This document shows positions 18,006 through 28,707 of a DNA stretch of 64,000 bases, piece by piece (position 1 is the first letter of the stretch; the number at the start of each line of letters is the position of its first letter). The position numbers were made by a program, and so were the translations under genes. The stretch is from Rhodospirillaceae bacterium (GTDB taxonomy: Bacteria; Pseudomonadota; Alphaproteobacteria; UBA7887): NCBI GenBank assembly GCA_002728255.1, contig PBWV01000042.1, positions 4,602 through 68,601 on the forward strand, in the 5' to 3' direction. The notes under the pieces were generated by a model. It saw only the letters and a program-made list of their open reading frames with translations, did no database searches and was not told where the DNA came from.

Positions 18006-19009
18006 TGAACTCGGACGTCACCCCACCACTTTTATGGCCACTTGCCATCTCGATCCTAATCCATACCTCGGTCCTTCCCTTCGCCATTTTCGAGAATAAC
18101 TTGCCTAATAACAAAAGGAATGAGCAACTCGTAAATATTACATTAGAACCAATGGAGCAGAGGAATGACTCAAACCCACCTATAGAACCAATCTCTCGAA
18201 CAAAGGCATCTGAACCGCCAGTCCGTAATGAAGCAATCCCAAATGATATTGTTCTCCCAAAAATAGAGAAACTTTCAGATCTTTCTAATATCGACGACCA
18301 AAGATTCACACTTCCGGATAGCAAACCTATAGTTCATAATTCACCCCAACTCGTAGAAACACCAGCTGAAGCTGAGACTAGTATCGACTTAAGTACGCCG
18401 GATCCACTGCATGGGCCTTTACATCAACAATCCCTAGAACCTGTTTCACCGGTTGAACAAGAACTGATTCAAATCACCCCACCCCCGCAACAACCATCTA
18501 AGACTTCGTTACCAAAAACAATCTACAGAGACAAAAGAGAGACCGAAGCAATAGACACGGTCCAAACCCTCCCGATTATCCAGAACATGCCCCCCGAGGT
18601 TAACAAACCTTTGTCTCAACAATCGGTACCAGTAGAAGAAATAGTAGAATTAGTAGAAGAGGAAACGGATCTAGATCCCTCAGTTAACCTTAACAACAGC
18701 ATTGCAAAAGAATATGCAACGATCGTACACAATACCCTTAATAAACGAGTAAAACGTAAATACCCACGGAAAGCGCGTCAAAATTGTATTGAAGGAACGA
18801 TTTCAGTCCAAATTCAAATAAGCCCAGCTGGCGAGCAACTAGCTTATACGATCCTAAATGCAGATGAAGCCCCTTCAATTCTGAGGGAGGCAACAGAGAA
18901 AATACTCAATCAACGCAGAGAATTCTCCAGATTTAATGAAGGTTTATCGGACCAACCCATGACATTCCAAGTAAACTTGGTTTATCGGCTCCCCCAATGT
19001 GCCAGGTAG
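18005..19009 (+). CDS. tonB: energy transducer TonB
   Basis: 334 aa with an N-terminal TM anchor, a Pro/Glu-rich spacer and a C-terminal TonB domain (YPRKARQNCIEGTISVQIQISPAGE). Start overlaps the exbD stop. Confidence 0.75.
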   Translation: MNSDVTPPLLWPLAISILIHTSVLPFAIFENNLPNNKRNEQLVNITLEPMEQRNDSNPPIEPISRTKASEPPVRNEAIPNDIVLPKIEKLSDLSNIDDQRFTLPDSKPIVHNSPQLVETPAEAETSIDLSTPDPLHGPLHQQSLEPVSPVEQELIQITPPPQQPSKTSLPKTIYRDKRETEAIDTVQTLPIIQNMPPEVNKPLSQQSVPVEEIVELVEEETDLDPSVNLNNSIAKEYATIVHNTLNKRVKRKYPRKARQNCIEGTISVQIQISPAGEQLAYTILNADEAPSILREATEKILNQRREFSRFNEGLSDQPMTFQVNLVYRLPQCAR

Positions 19010-19014
19010 ATGGC

Positions 19015-19773
19015 CTAATTTCTCTCAAGATCATTCAACATTTCTTTAACTTTTTCTTGGACAATTTTTTGGTAAGCATCTGTGGCAGGCAGTTCAGCAG
19101 CTATATTCAGATGCCGCAAAGCCTGTCCTATATTCCTATCATCCAACTTTAAAAGTCCCACGGCATACTGAAAATGTACATTGTTATCATTAGGAGCAAT
19201 TTCGAGGGCCTTGGCGTATGCATCCAAAGACTCACCTTCGTCAGCTCCATACAATAACCACGCCATGAACCCAGCAAAAATAATTTCTGAGTGCCACGCA
19301 CCAAGACTTAAATAAGCTTGATAATTTCTTGGATCTAATTCGATTGCTTTATCGATCGCCGTGCGAATTTGTTCTGCGTACCCCTCGCTTAAAGCAGTCA
19401 TTGTCCCTAAAGTTTGAGCATAACGACCTAAGGTATGTGCTAGTTGTAGGTAGGCCTCACTGGAACCAGGATCCAATTCCACGGCCGTTTTGGCATATTC
19501 GATCGCCTTAACAAATAAAGGTTGCATCTCTGAATCTTCTGCAATCTCATAGCCGTACACTGCCAATGACGCAGCAGCAAAAGCAAACCCTTCTGCATCA
19601 CCAATGCCTGCCGCCACCACGGATGCTTTCTTAAAATTTCCGGCGGCCGCTAATTCCCGCGCCGCTTCCATAGATTGGGAGGCCATGGCTTTGTTCAGAG
19701 GAAGAAATACTAGAATTAAGAAAAAATATACAATAGCTATTCTAAATAGGTTTTGATCTATTGTTCTTTCCAT
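19015..19773 (-). CDS. tetratricopeptide-repeat protein with N-terminal signal/anchor
   Basis: 252 aa with a hydrophobic N-terminus and repeated A/L/Y-rich 34-residue helical pairs (AYLQLAHTLGRYA..., AYLSLGAWH...). Convergent with tonB. Confidence 0.55.
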   Translation of the reverse strand: MERTIDQNLFRIAIVYFFLILVFLPLNKAMASQSMEAARELAAAGNFKKASVVAAGIGDAEGFAFAAASLAVYGYEIAEDSEMQPLFVKAIEYAKTAVELDPGSSEAYLQLAHTLGRYAQTLGTMTALSEGYAEQIRTAIDKAIELDPRNYQAYLSLGAWHSEIIFAGFMAWLLYGADEGESLDAYAKALEIAPNDNNVHFQYAVGLLKLDDRNIGQALRHLNIAAELPATDAYQKIVQEKVKEMLNDLERN

Positions 19774-19987
19774 TTTACCACTGAACCAAGATTTACAATC
19801 GATATAGAAACTCAGAGCTATAAAAACCTAAAGTCACCTCTCTTTGACCAGCCTAGCCCCGGTGGTGCAGAATAACCCGAAACTCCAACTCATCCCATGA
19901 TTTTCTGATACCTTCGCATTAGTATCCCCTTCGATCTGGGCAAATTCAAAGCCCGTTTTACTTGAGAATACCTCGGACCCTATCCTT

Positions 19988-20848
19988 CTAAGCGGGTTTC
20001 ACGATAGATAATATAGAACGAAACAAGTCGCTGTTTTTGTCCTTAAAACCATTCAATATACTAAAATGATGGACATCAGGAACCTCCCTCCACTGACCTA
20101 CTAGGCCGTTCCCAACCCACAAATCAAAATAAGTTTTGCTTTGCCTAATAAATTCCGAAGTTTCATCTCCTCCAACTACCACAGCTAACTCTGGCCCTGT
20201 TTTAGGCAAATGATAGATAGGGCTCAAAGCCCGTATATCACCCAAAGCCAGTTGCAATTTTGGTTGCAAGAAACTGTACGGTAATGGTGCCAGATCAAAA
20301 ATACCGCTTATTGCACATCCACCTTTGATTAAGTCTTCGCTGATCCCGTAATGTTTAGCCCATTTTGTAGCTAATGCCATAGCAACCAGGTGCCCTCCAG
20401 CAGAATGCCCCGAAATGCTAAGCCAATCAAGATTGCACCCGTGTGTAGACTGGTTGGAAACCAACCAATGGATTGCTCCTCTCGTTTGTCGAACAATTTC
20501 CGATAATTTTACTGATGGACAAAGCGAGTAGTTCAGTATAGCAACGCTAACACCACTCTCAACCAACAGTGGTGCTATAAATGAAAAATCCCCGGCGACA
20601 CCTTTTCTCCAATATCCTCCGTGAATGAATATATGGAGAGGCGCATCCCGATTCGTGGCTGGAAATAAATCAATATATTCATCTTTAGTAGGCCCATATC
20701 GCATTCCCAGCCTACCATCAAGCTCCCTTCGAACCCGAGCACTTTCAGTTGCCCATTCTTTCATAATCGATGGAGCGTCCAATGCAGTGAGCAAAGGATT
20801 ATACTCCGCGTCGATTTCTTCTTGAGTACTCAAATCGCGATACAACAT
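19988..20848 (-). CDS. alpha/beta hydrolase (esterase/lipase or arylformamidase-like)
   Basis: 286 aa with the oxyanion HGGYW motif and the nucleophile elbow GHSAGG. Confidence 0.75.
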   Translation of the reverse strand: MLYRDLSTQEEIDAEYNPLLTALDAPSIMKEWATESARVRRELDGRLGMRYGPTKDEYIDLFPATNRDAPLHIFIHGGYWRKGVAGDFSFIAPLLVESGVSVAILNYSLCPSVKLSEIVRQTRGAIHWLVSNQSTHGCNLDWLSISGHSAGGHLVAMALATKWAKHYGISEDLIKGGCAISGIFDLAPLPYSFLQPKLQLALGDIRALSPIYHLPKTGPELAVVVGGDETSEFIRQSKTYFDLWVGNGLVGQWREVPDVHHFSILNGFKDKNSDLFRSILSIVKPA

Positions 20849-21303
20849 TATAGGTCCCCACTCCTACTTTTCCCGTCAGTTATATAAAGGAAACTGCTCC
20901 CGTTATCAAAGATAGAGAAGATATCATAGGCTTGTTGCAATCCCCACAAATCCCATAAGACTTATAGCCTAACCAATTGTATTAGCTTTTCTATCACTAT
21001 ATTCCATAGTGCCCAAAATAGCTTGTTTTACATAGGCCAGATTATACTGGTTCTATCAGGCAAATAACCGCGTTTCTCAATACAAAACCATAGGAGTTTT
21101 GTATGGAAAAATGGCTTAGGGAACTACGTTAACCGGCTAGGATTATAAGGCCCTCATCGACAAATAGAATCCAGTAATTCCTGGAAAATCTTTGACCCAG
21201 GTGTACTATCAAGGACGATTTCAAGTAAACTAAAGACCCTTTATACTCCGTCCCCTCATTCGAGGATGATATAGTTTGTTTCTATGAAAATTTCGAGTAC
21301 AAA

Positions 21304-21975
21304 ATGAAAATTGATGTAGTCTCTGATACAGTTTGCCCATGGTGTTTTATAGGCAAACGACGGTTAGAAAAATCATTGATGGAGCGTCCCAATATAAAAT
21401 TTGAAGTTCATTGGCATCCATTTCAGCTGAATCCTAAGATGCCGTTAGATGGAATAGATCGACAAACTTACTTAAATCTTAAATTTGGAGGATCGGTAAA
21501 CACGCAATCAATTTACAGAGATATAATTACAGCCGGAGCTAGGGAAAACCTAGACTTTAATTTTGACGCAATTAAGCGCATGCCCAACTCCCTGCTATCT
21601 CATCGACTGATATATTTTTTCCGGGAGAGTAAACAACAAGATATGATTACCGAGAATTTATTCCGCTCATATTTCTTCTATGGCCTTGATATAGGAAAAA
21701 TAGAGACCCTTATTCAAATTTCAGAAGAAAGTGGCTTAAGTTCCTTAGAAGTCAAAGAATATCTTTTGTCTGATGCGGACAATAACCTGCTCCAAGAGCA
21801 AGAAAAAAGGGCTCGCGAAATCGGAATCACTGGGGTTCCGTGCTTTATAATTAACGACGAATTTGTCGTCTCAGGGGCGCAAGAACCTGCGGTTTTCCTT
21901 CAAGTATTCGATGCGGCTGAAGCAAGCAACAGAAGGGGGCTGTCAATTAACCCGCCTGAGCCTCCACAAAACTAG
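21304..21975 (+). CDS. DsbA-family thiol:disulfide oxidoreductase (FrnE/HCCA-isomerase-like)
   Basis: 223 aa with the N-terminal DTVCPWCFIGK CxxC thioredoxin-fold motif. Confidence 0.8.
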   Translation: MKIDVVSDTVCPWCFIGKRRLEKSLMERPNIKFEVHWHPFQLNPKMPLDGIDRQTYLNLKFGGSVNTQSIYRDIITAGARENLDFNFDAIKRMPNSLLSHRLIYFFRESKQQDMITENLFRSYFFYGLDIGKIETLIQISEESGLSSLEVKEYLLSDADNNLLQEQEKRAREIGITGVPCFIINDEFVVSGAQEPAVFLQVFDAAEASNRRGLSINPPEPPQN

Positions 21976-24900
21976 CTAGTTTTAGTAAGATATCCTCTAC
22001 CCCCTTAAAACGAGATTCTAAATTTCCCCACGTTTGAGACACCACCAATTTTTGATCTGGCCGTATTCGCCACTGATCATCTCCTTTTGAAATCCATGCA
22101 ATGAGTTTCTCCCCAGCTGGAAAAATATCCTTTAAAAAACTGATCACAAGACCTCTTGGCCCGGCGTCAACTTGTATTACATGAGCGGCCCAGCAAAGCT
22201 GCTTGATAGCCACGACCCATAGCAAATGCTCAGTTTCCTCGGGGATATTGCCAAACCGGTCTACCAATTCCGCTCCAAAGTTATCCAATTCTTGGCGTGA
22301 CCGCATCGCCCCCAGCCGTCTATAAAGTCCTAGCCGCACACTCAAGTCTGGCACATAGGACTCTGGTATAAGCACCGCAGCTCCCATTTCAATTTGTGGT
22401 GACCATAAGTCCTGATCAGCGCTATTAGAAGGGTCCCCATTGGCCTCGCGTACGGCCTCTGTTAGTAATTTCTGATATAATTCGACGCCAACCTCCCTGA
22501 TCTTTCCAGACTGCTCCTCACCAAGAAGATTTCCTGCCCCACGAATGTCTAAATCATGGCTCGCTAGAGAAAACCCAGAACCAACGCTATCTAATTGGTT
22601 AAGCGCCTCTAATCTCTTAAGAGCATCCCCTTGTAAGGAATTAGGAGAATTCACCGTGAAATATGCATAAGCCCGTACCTTTGAGCGTCCCACCCGCCCA
22701 CGGAGCTGATATAGTTGTGCCAAACCAAAACGATCTGAACGATGGACAATTAATGTATTGACAGTCGGGATGTCCAGTCCAGACTCTATAATGGAGGTCG
22801 CAAGCAATAGATCAAATTTGCGTTCATAAAATGAGGTCATAGCGCGGTCCAACTCACTTGGGGACATCTGACCGTGAGCCACTACTACCCTCGTCTCGGG
22901 AACCAGTAACGCTAACGCGCGAGAGATATTATCTAAGTCTTTAATTTGAGGACAAATGTAAAAAATTTGACCTCCCCTTGACTGTTCTCGCAGGATTGCT
23001 TCCTTCACAATAACTCCATCGTAAGGAAGAATGAATGTACGAACAGACAATCTATCAATTGGGGGGGTCGCAATAATACTCATAGAACGAACACCAGACA
23101 GGGCTAGCTGAAGAGTTCTTGGAATGGGTGTTGCCGTAAGTGTTAAAACATGAACACCACTCTTTAAGGATTTGAGTTGTTCTTTCTGTCCCACACCAAA
23201 ATGCTGCTCCTCATCTATTATGAACAACCCTAGACGTTTGAACCTAATACTTTTTGATAATAAAGCGTGTGTTCCAATAACAATATCAATTTCTCCATTC
23301 TGTAAGCCCTCCCGGACCTTTTCCGCCTTTTTCACAGAAACCAAACGCGATAATTGTGCTACAAAAAATCCAAAGCCCTTAAAGCGCTCTGCAAAAGTCT
23401 CATAGTGTTGGCGGGCCAATAAGGTAGTCGGCGTTACTATAGCAACCTGTTTTCCTGATTGAGCAGCCACGAAAGCCGTCCTTAGGGCTACTTCTGTCTT
23501 CCCAAACCCAACATCGCCGCATATGAGACGATCCATGGGAACAGAGCTGGAAATACCGGCCAGACATTCCTCTATACCACTCAACTGATCCGCAGTCTCC
23601 AGGTATGGAAACCTTCCACAAAACTCTTCAAAGGCTACAGGTTCCGCTACCATCGCATCGGCTTTTCTTAAAACTCTGTCAGCGGCGGTATGAATTAATT
23701 CGGCAGCCATATCTCTTATCTGGGCTTTCACCCTAGATTTACGATTTCTCCATACGTGAGATCCTAAGGTGTCCAAACGAGCGTTGTCAGAACCAGAACC
23801 ATATCGTCCCAGCATATCAATATTTTCGACAGGCAGATACAAGTAGTCCCCACCCGAATACAAAATCTGGACACAATCATGAGGAGCTGAAGATGTCTCA
23901 ATGGTCATAAGCCCTTGGAAGCGACCAACACCATGGTCCGTGTGAACCACCAAATCCCCAATGGTTAATTGGGTGGAATCAGAAATAAAATCACGTGCCC
24001 TCTTGATTAAATTCCGACCACGAGTGAGTCTGGCACCCAAAACATCTCCCTCGCTTATAAGCGTCAAACTATCAATCTCAAAACCCGTCTCAAGAGGGAA
24101 TACGATTAAACAAATAGCATCCAATGGAGCTGTGATAATTGTTTTCCACATCTCGCAATTGATTATTTTCGTTATGCCATACTCAGATAACAACTTAGTA
24201 AGGCGATCCCTAGAGCCGTGACTTTGGCAGGCAAGAACCACTCTTTTTTCTGTGGATATCTGTTCTTTTAAGTAGGTTGCAACGGAATCAAATAATTCAA
24301 TTTCGTTACTTCTACGTTCATTCGAAAAATTTCTACCTTTTTTTCCACCAATATCCAATGATACCATACTGCCATCTGCATCATTAAATCCGTTTAGGTA
24401 GGTGATGGAATGTTCGTGGCTTCTTCTATGCCACTCTTCCTTAGAAAGAAACATACTTTTAACTGGGACTGGATTATATTTTTGAACTTTATTTAATTCG
24501 ATTGGCACTTGAGGTTGAACCCGCGCCTCGTAGAAGTCTTTAACATCTGATAGTCGAGCGTCTATGGCTACTTCCAAAAAGCTATCCAATAGAATTGCCG
24601 CATTTGGTAAATAGTCAAATAATGTGCATAAATTATCATGGAAAAATGGTAGCCAATGCTCCATACCTTCAAATTTTCTACCCGCGCTTACCGACTCATA
24701 TAACGGATTATCGTCCGTGATGGCTCCAAAATGACTACGATAATTTTTCCGAAATCGGGCAATTTTATCTGCATCTAGAAGTAATTCAGAAGCGGCTAAA
24801 AACCTCACGCTTTCTAAACTTCCTTCACTTCTCTGGGAAACTGGATCGAATATTTTAATTTCATCAACTTCATCACCAAATAAGTCTAGTCGGACCGGAT

Positions 24901-25447
24901 ATTTTGAGTCCGAAGGATAAACATCAATGATATTTCCCCTAACCGCAAAATCTCCGGGCTCCATTGCCTGACCTAAACGTGTGTAACCATTAGCCACAAG
25001 ATAGTCCGCAAAATCCACGATATTAATAAGATCCCCTTTGTTTAGGACCCACTGGGACTGTTCTTTATTGAGACCACTAGGAATGCGTTGCAACGTCGCA
25101 TTACAAGTGGTTAATAAGATTAATCTAGTACGGGTTCCTCTTTGGGTGAGCTTTGATAATGCATTAATTCTTCGAGCAGCAACTTCTTGTTTTGGAGAAA
25201 GCCTATCGTAGGGCAAACAATCCCAAGCTGGGAACATTACCAATTTCTCATCAGGAGATATGAAAGTTAGAGCCTCTGCCATCACCTCCATCCGTATTTC
25301 ATCTCGGGCAACGAATAGAAAATCACGATTGGGAAATTTTTTAAGAACTTCAGAAATTACAAGGCTTTCACTACCTGCAGGCACTCCCGAAATCGTCGAT
25401 GGTCCGGAATCCATAAATCCCTTGGGAAAATAGATCACACTATGCAC
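21947..25447 (-). CDS. mfd: transcription-repair coupling factor
   Basis: 1166 aa with an UvrB-homology N-terminus, the DEAD/DEAH helicase motifs GDVGFGKTEVA and DEEQHFG, and a C-terminal TRCF domain. The 3' end overlaps the dsbA-like gene by 29 nt (convergent). Confidence 0.95.
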   Translation of the reverse strand: MHSVIYFPKGFMDSGPSTISGVPAGSESLVISEVLKKFPNRDFLFVARDEIRMEVMAEALTFISPDEKLVMFPAWDCLPYDRLSPKQEVAARRINALSKLTQRGTRTRLILLTTCNATLQRIPSGLNKEQSQWVLNKGDLINIVDFADYLVANGYTRLGQAMEPGDFAVRGNIIDVYPSDSKYPVRLDLFGDEVDEIKIFDPVSQRSEGSLESVRFLAASELLLDADKIARFRKNYRSHFGAITDDNPLYESVSAGRKFEGMEHWLPFFHDNLCTLFDYLPNAAILLDSFLEVAIDARLSDVKDFYEARVQPQVPIELNKVQKYNPVPVKSMFLSKEEWHRRSHEHSITYLNGFNDADGSMVSLDIGGKKGRNFSNERRSNEIELFDSVATYLKEQISTEKRVVLACQSHGSRDRLTKLLSEYGITKIINCEMWKTIITAPLDAICLIVFPLETGFEIDSLTLISEGDVLGARLTRGRNLIKRARDFISDSTQLTIGDLVVHTDHGVGRFQGLMTIETSSAPHDCVQILYSGGDYLYLPVENIDMLGRYGSGSDNARLDTLGSHVWRNRKSRVKAQIRDMAAELIHTAADRVLRKADAMVAEPVAFEEFCGRFPYLETADQLSGIEECLAGISSSVPMDRLICGDVGFGKTEVALRTAFVAAQSGKQVAIVTPTTLLARQHYETFAERFKGFGFFVAQLSRLVSVKKAEKVREGLQNGEIDIVIGTHALLSKSIRFKRLGLFIIDEEQHFGVGQKEQLKSLKSGVHVLTLTATPIPRTLQLALSGVRSMSIIATPPIDRLSVRTFILPYDGVIVKEAILREQSRGGQIFYICPQIKDLDNISRALALLVPETRVVVAHGQMSPSELDRAMTSFYERKFDLLLATSIIESGLDIPTVNTLIVHRSDRFGLAQLYQLRGRVGRSKVRAYAYFTVNSPNSLQGDALKRLEALNQLDSVGSGFSLASHDLDIRGAGNLLGEEQSGKIREVGVELYQKLLTEAVREANGDPSNSADQDLWSPQIEMGAAVLIPESYVPDLSVRLGLYRRLGAMRSRQELDNFGAELVDRFGNIPEETEHLLWVVAIKQLCWAAHVIQVDAGPRGLVISFLKDIFPAGEKLIAWISKGDDQWRIRPDQKLVVSQTWGNLESRFKGVEDILLKLASFVEAQAG

Positions 25448-25699
25448 TCAAGAAATAATAGATTGGAGATCGTGAATCATCGTTCGACTGATCCCTTTTG
25501 GGATCTCCGTCACTCCGGTCAGCCAATCCCATATTACCTGATCATCACAATTTACAATGTTCTCCAGTTTAATTACATCAGCAGAACCCATATTTTCCAA
25601 ATAACGGTCGGCGAAGGTGCCAAGCAACAAATCGGCTTCCCTGGACCCTCTGTGCCAACAACGAAATTTTAATCTTTTTTTCCTTGTATTAAGCGCCAT
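25448..25699 (-). CDS. sdhE: succinate dehydrogenase assembly factor 2 (SdhE/YgfY, DUF339)
   Basis: 83 aa with the RCWHRGSREADLLLG (RGxxE) motif. Lies directly upstream of mfd. Confidence 0.8.
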   Translation of the reverse strand: MALNTRKKRLKFRCWHRGSREADLLLGTFADRYLENMGSADVIKLENIVNCDDQVIWDWLTGVTEIPKGISRTMIHDLQSIIS

Positions 25700-25870
25700 A
25701 TCAAAAATTAAATTTTACTATTTCTGGAATTCAGTTTTAAGATGCCGATAAACACGAAAAAGAAGATCTGATTGCCGGATTCTTTTAGTACCATTACGAT
25801 GAAATCTTGGACCAAGAAATAACTAACATTATACAGCTTAAACCCTCAATAATTAATCGCAATATATCTC

Positions 25871-27952
25871 ATGAGACCAGTTCTTCTTTCAAAAATATTC
25901 ACCCCTATTTCCAAAATTCCAGGAGTTTCTTCCAGATTGACTCCCTTGTTAGAACAGGTATGTGGACCAGAAATTGTAGACTTTTTCTGGCATTTTCCAA
26001 GCGGAGTAATTGACAGAACATTTTTTCCAAAAATAACTGAAGCCTCACCTGGACAGATTTCTAGTTTTATAGTTCGTGTAGACAATCATGAAAAACCCCG
26101 CAACAAGAAAATGCCCTATAGAGTTAAATGCACCAATGAGGATGGTGATTTAACTCTTGTCTTTTTTCATTCTCACCCAGAGTACCTCAAGAAGGAATTA
26201 CCAGAAGGTAAACTGAGACTAGTGAGTGGGAGGGTCAACACCTATAAAGGAAAGATTCAAATCAATCATCCTGATCTAATTAGTCCTATTGAAGAGATAG
26301 AGTCACTTCCCTCTCTGGAACCTACCTATCCCCTGACAGAAGGACTTACCCGAAAAACACTGACAAAGGTTATTCAGAAGGCACTACACCTCGCACCTGA
26401 TTTACCAGAATGGATTGACCAGGACCTTCTTCAGGAGAACCAGTGGCCTTCCTGGCACGATGCACTTCAGTCCATCCATGCACCAAAAACAATTAACGAC
26501 CTCGCTCCTGATTCCCGCAACAGAAAGAGGCTCGCCTACGACGAGCTCTTAGCCGACCAACTTGCAGTGGCTTTAATTAGAAAAAATAAGTTTCAGGGAT
26601 CTGGTCGTCCTAGCGGCAAATATGGAGCAGTAGTTAAACAAGCCGAGTCACTTCTACCATTTAAGTTAACGGTGACACAAAAGAAGTGTATTGAGGATAT
26701 TATACACGACATGGTCGCCAACAAACGTATGGTAAGACTAGTGCATGGCGACGTAGGAAGTGGGAAAACGGTCGTAGCATTTCTTTCAATGATTGCCGCT
26801 ATTGCAGCGGGCCATCAGGCGACCTTTATGGCGCCCACAGAAATTTTAGCTCAGCAGCATTTTGAGGCACTAAACACCTGGTGCCAGCCACTTGGAATCA
26901 GCTGTCACCTCCTGACAGGTTCAACCAACGGAAAAACTCGAGCAGCAACGCTAAACTCCATATCAACTGGGAAAGTCAATATAGTAATTGGGACACACGC
27001 TATAATACAACCAGACGTAAAGTTTAAGGATTTGTCTTTAGCTATCATAGACGAACAACATAAATTTGGTGTAGGCCAGCGGCTCGCACTCAGCCAAAAG
27101 GGAATGCACGTTGATCTCCTAGTCTTAAGTGCAACACCTATCCCCCGTACCCTGTTAATGTCTGCTTACGGAGATATGGACGTCTCGCGTTTAACAAGTC
27201 GGCCAAATAATCGTGGAAAAATTCGTACAGCGGTGAAACCGTTGTCACAAATTCGTTCAGTGATCGATGCAATTTCTCGGGCGATTAGTGCGGCTGGAAA
27301 AGTATATTGGGTATGTCCTCTAGTCGAGGAATCTAATTTTATGGATCTTTCTGCAGCCACGACTAGACATACTAATCTAGAGAAAATTTTTGGGAAAAGA
27401 GTTGGGCTAGTGCATGGGCAAATGGACCAAATTACTAAAGATCGTGTAATAAATAATTTTGCCAATGGCTCTACAGACATCTTGGTGGCCACAACAGTAG
27501 TAGAAGTCGGTATTGATGTGCCAGATGCTACCATAATGATTATTGAACAAGCTGAACGTTTTGGTCTTTCTCAACTCCATCAACTTCGAGGAAGGGTGGG
27601 GCGTGGTGAGAAATCAGGCAGTTGTTTGTTACTATATGGAAGTCCTCTTAGTCCCACAGCGCGCGCACGACTGGAGATTCTTAGACAAACCACCGATGGA
27701 TTTCTTATTGCGGAGGAAGATTTACGATTAAGAGGGGCTGGGGAATTACTGGGCAGGAGACAAAGCGGATTACCACAATACAAAATAGCCGAGCTTCCGT
27801 TAGATAATGACTTATTAATAACAGCTCACAAACATGCAAAACTGATCACCAACACTGAAAATTTTCTACACCTATCCTATGGTCCTGCTCTGCGGGTTCT
27901 CTTATACTTGTTTCGACGAGATTCAGCTCTAACTCTGCTTCGCTCAGGGTAG
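25871..27952 (+). CDS. recG: ATP-dependent DNA helicase RecG
   Basis: 693 aa with a wedge domain and the helicase motifs GDVGSGKTVVA and DEQHKFG. Confidence 0.95.
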   Translation: MRPVLLSKIFTPISKIPGVSSRLTPLLEQVCGPEIVDFFWHFPSGVIDRTFFPKITEASPGQISSFIVRVDNHEKPRNKKMPYRVKCTNEDGDLTLVFFHSHPEYLKKELPEGKLRLVSGRVNTYKGKIQINHPDLISPIEEIESLPSLEPTYPLTEGLTRKTLTKVIQKALHLAPDLPEWIDQDLLQENQWPSWHDALQSIHAPKTINDLAPDSRNRKRLAYDELLADQLAVALIRKNKFQGSGRPSGKYGAVVKQAESLLPFKLTVTQKKCIEDIIHDMVANKRMVRLVHGDVGSGKTVVAFLSMIAAIAAGHQATFMAPTEILAQQHFEALNTWCQPLGISCHLLTGSTNGKTRAATLNSISTGKVNIVIGTHAIIQPDVKFKDLSLAIIDEQHKFGVGQRLALSQKGMHVDLLVLSATPIPRTLLMSAYGDMDVSRLTSRPNNRGKIRTAVKPLSQIRSVIDAISRAISAAGKVYWVCPLVEESNFMDLSAATTRHTNLEKIFGKRVGLVHGQMDQITKDRVINNFANGSTDILVATTVVEVGIDVPDATIMIIEQAERFGLSQLHQLRGRVGRGEKSGSCLLLYGSPLSPTARARLEILRQTTDGFLIAEEDLRLRGAGELLGRRQSGLPQYKIAELPLDNDLLITAHKHAKLITNTENFLHLSYGPALRVLLYLFRRDSALTLLRSG

Positions 27953-27958
27953 AGAACT

Positions 27959-28639
27959 CTACTTTGGGCTGGGTGGCGTCACAATACCAGCAGAAACAAT
28001 CATCTTTATCGCCTCCTCAACTCCCATATCCAGGACGACGAGGTCCTTTCGCGGAACAAAAAGTAGGAAGCCGGAAGTTGGATTTGGTGTTGTTGGGAGA
28101 AAAACATTTACCACGTCCTCTTTGATTTCGGATCTTACTTCCCCTGTGGTCTTTGTCGTAATAAAACCAATAGCCCAAATTCCCCGACGGGGATATTCAA
28201 TCAATGCAACCTCCCTGAAAGAACGAGAAGATGATCGAAGTACTGTCTCAAAAATTTGCTTTAATGCTCCATAAACACTACGAATTACAGGCATTCGATT
28301 GAGTAAATTTTCTCCCACACGAACAACAAATCGTCCCAATAGGCCAGCGGCTAAAAAACCTATTACGGTTAAGCCAATCAATACTACTACGAGACCAATT
28401 CCTGGAATATGTAAACCTGTATAGTTCTGAAGAAGAACCTGAGGGTTATAGGGTAAGGGGATTAGGGGCACGACCTTACTATCAATCCAATTGATAACCC
28501 ACATCGCCACTGTAAAAGTGATTGCTATTGGCGCCGTTACAATTATTCCTGTAAGGAAATAATTTCTCACCCGCGAAAGGTGGCTACGCTTCCTTATTGT
28601 TCTGAGGTCTACTTCTTCTTTAAGATGAGGTTCAGGCAC
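27959..28639 (-). CDS. DUF502-domain membrane protein
   Basis: 226 aa with two N-terminal TM helices. Family is unconfirmed. Confidence 0.6.
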   Translation of the reverse strand: MPEPHLKEEVDLRTIRKRSHLSRVRNYFLTGIIVTAPIAITFTVAMWVINWIDSKVVPLIPLPYNPQVLLQNYTGLHIPGIGLVVVLIGLTVIGFLAAGLLGRFVVRVGENLLNRMPVIRSVYGALKQIFETVLRSSSRSFREVALIEYPRRGIWAIGFITTKTTGEVRSEIKEDVVNVFLPTTPNPTSGFLLFVPRKDLVVLDMGVEEAIKMIVSAGIVTPPSPK

Positions 28640-28707
28640 GTTACATCCTTTTGTAAAAATTCAAGTAAATCATAGAGATTAATAAGCATAACAGAAAGTT
28701 TCTCTAT

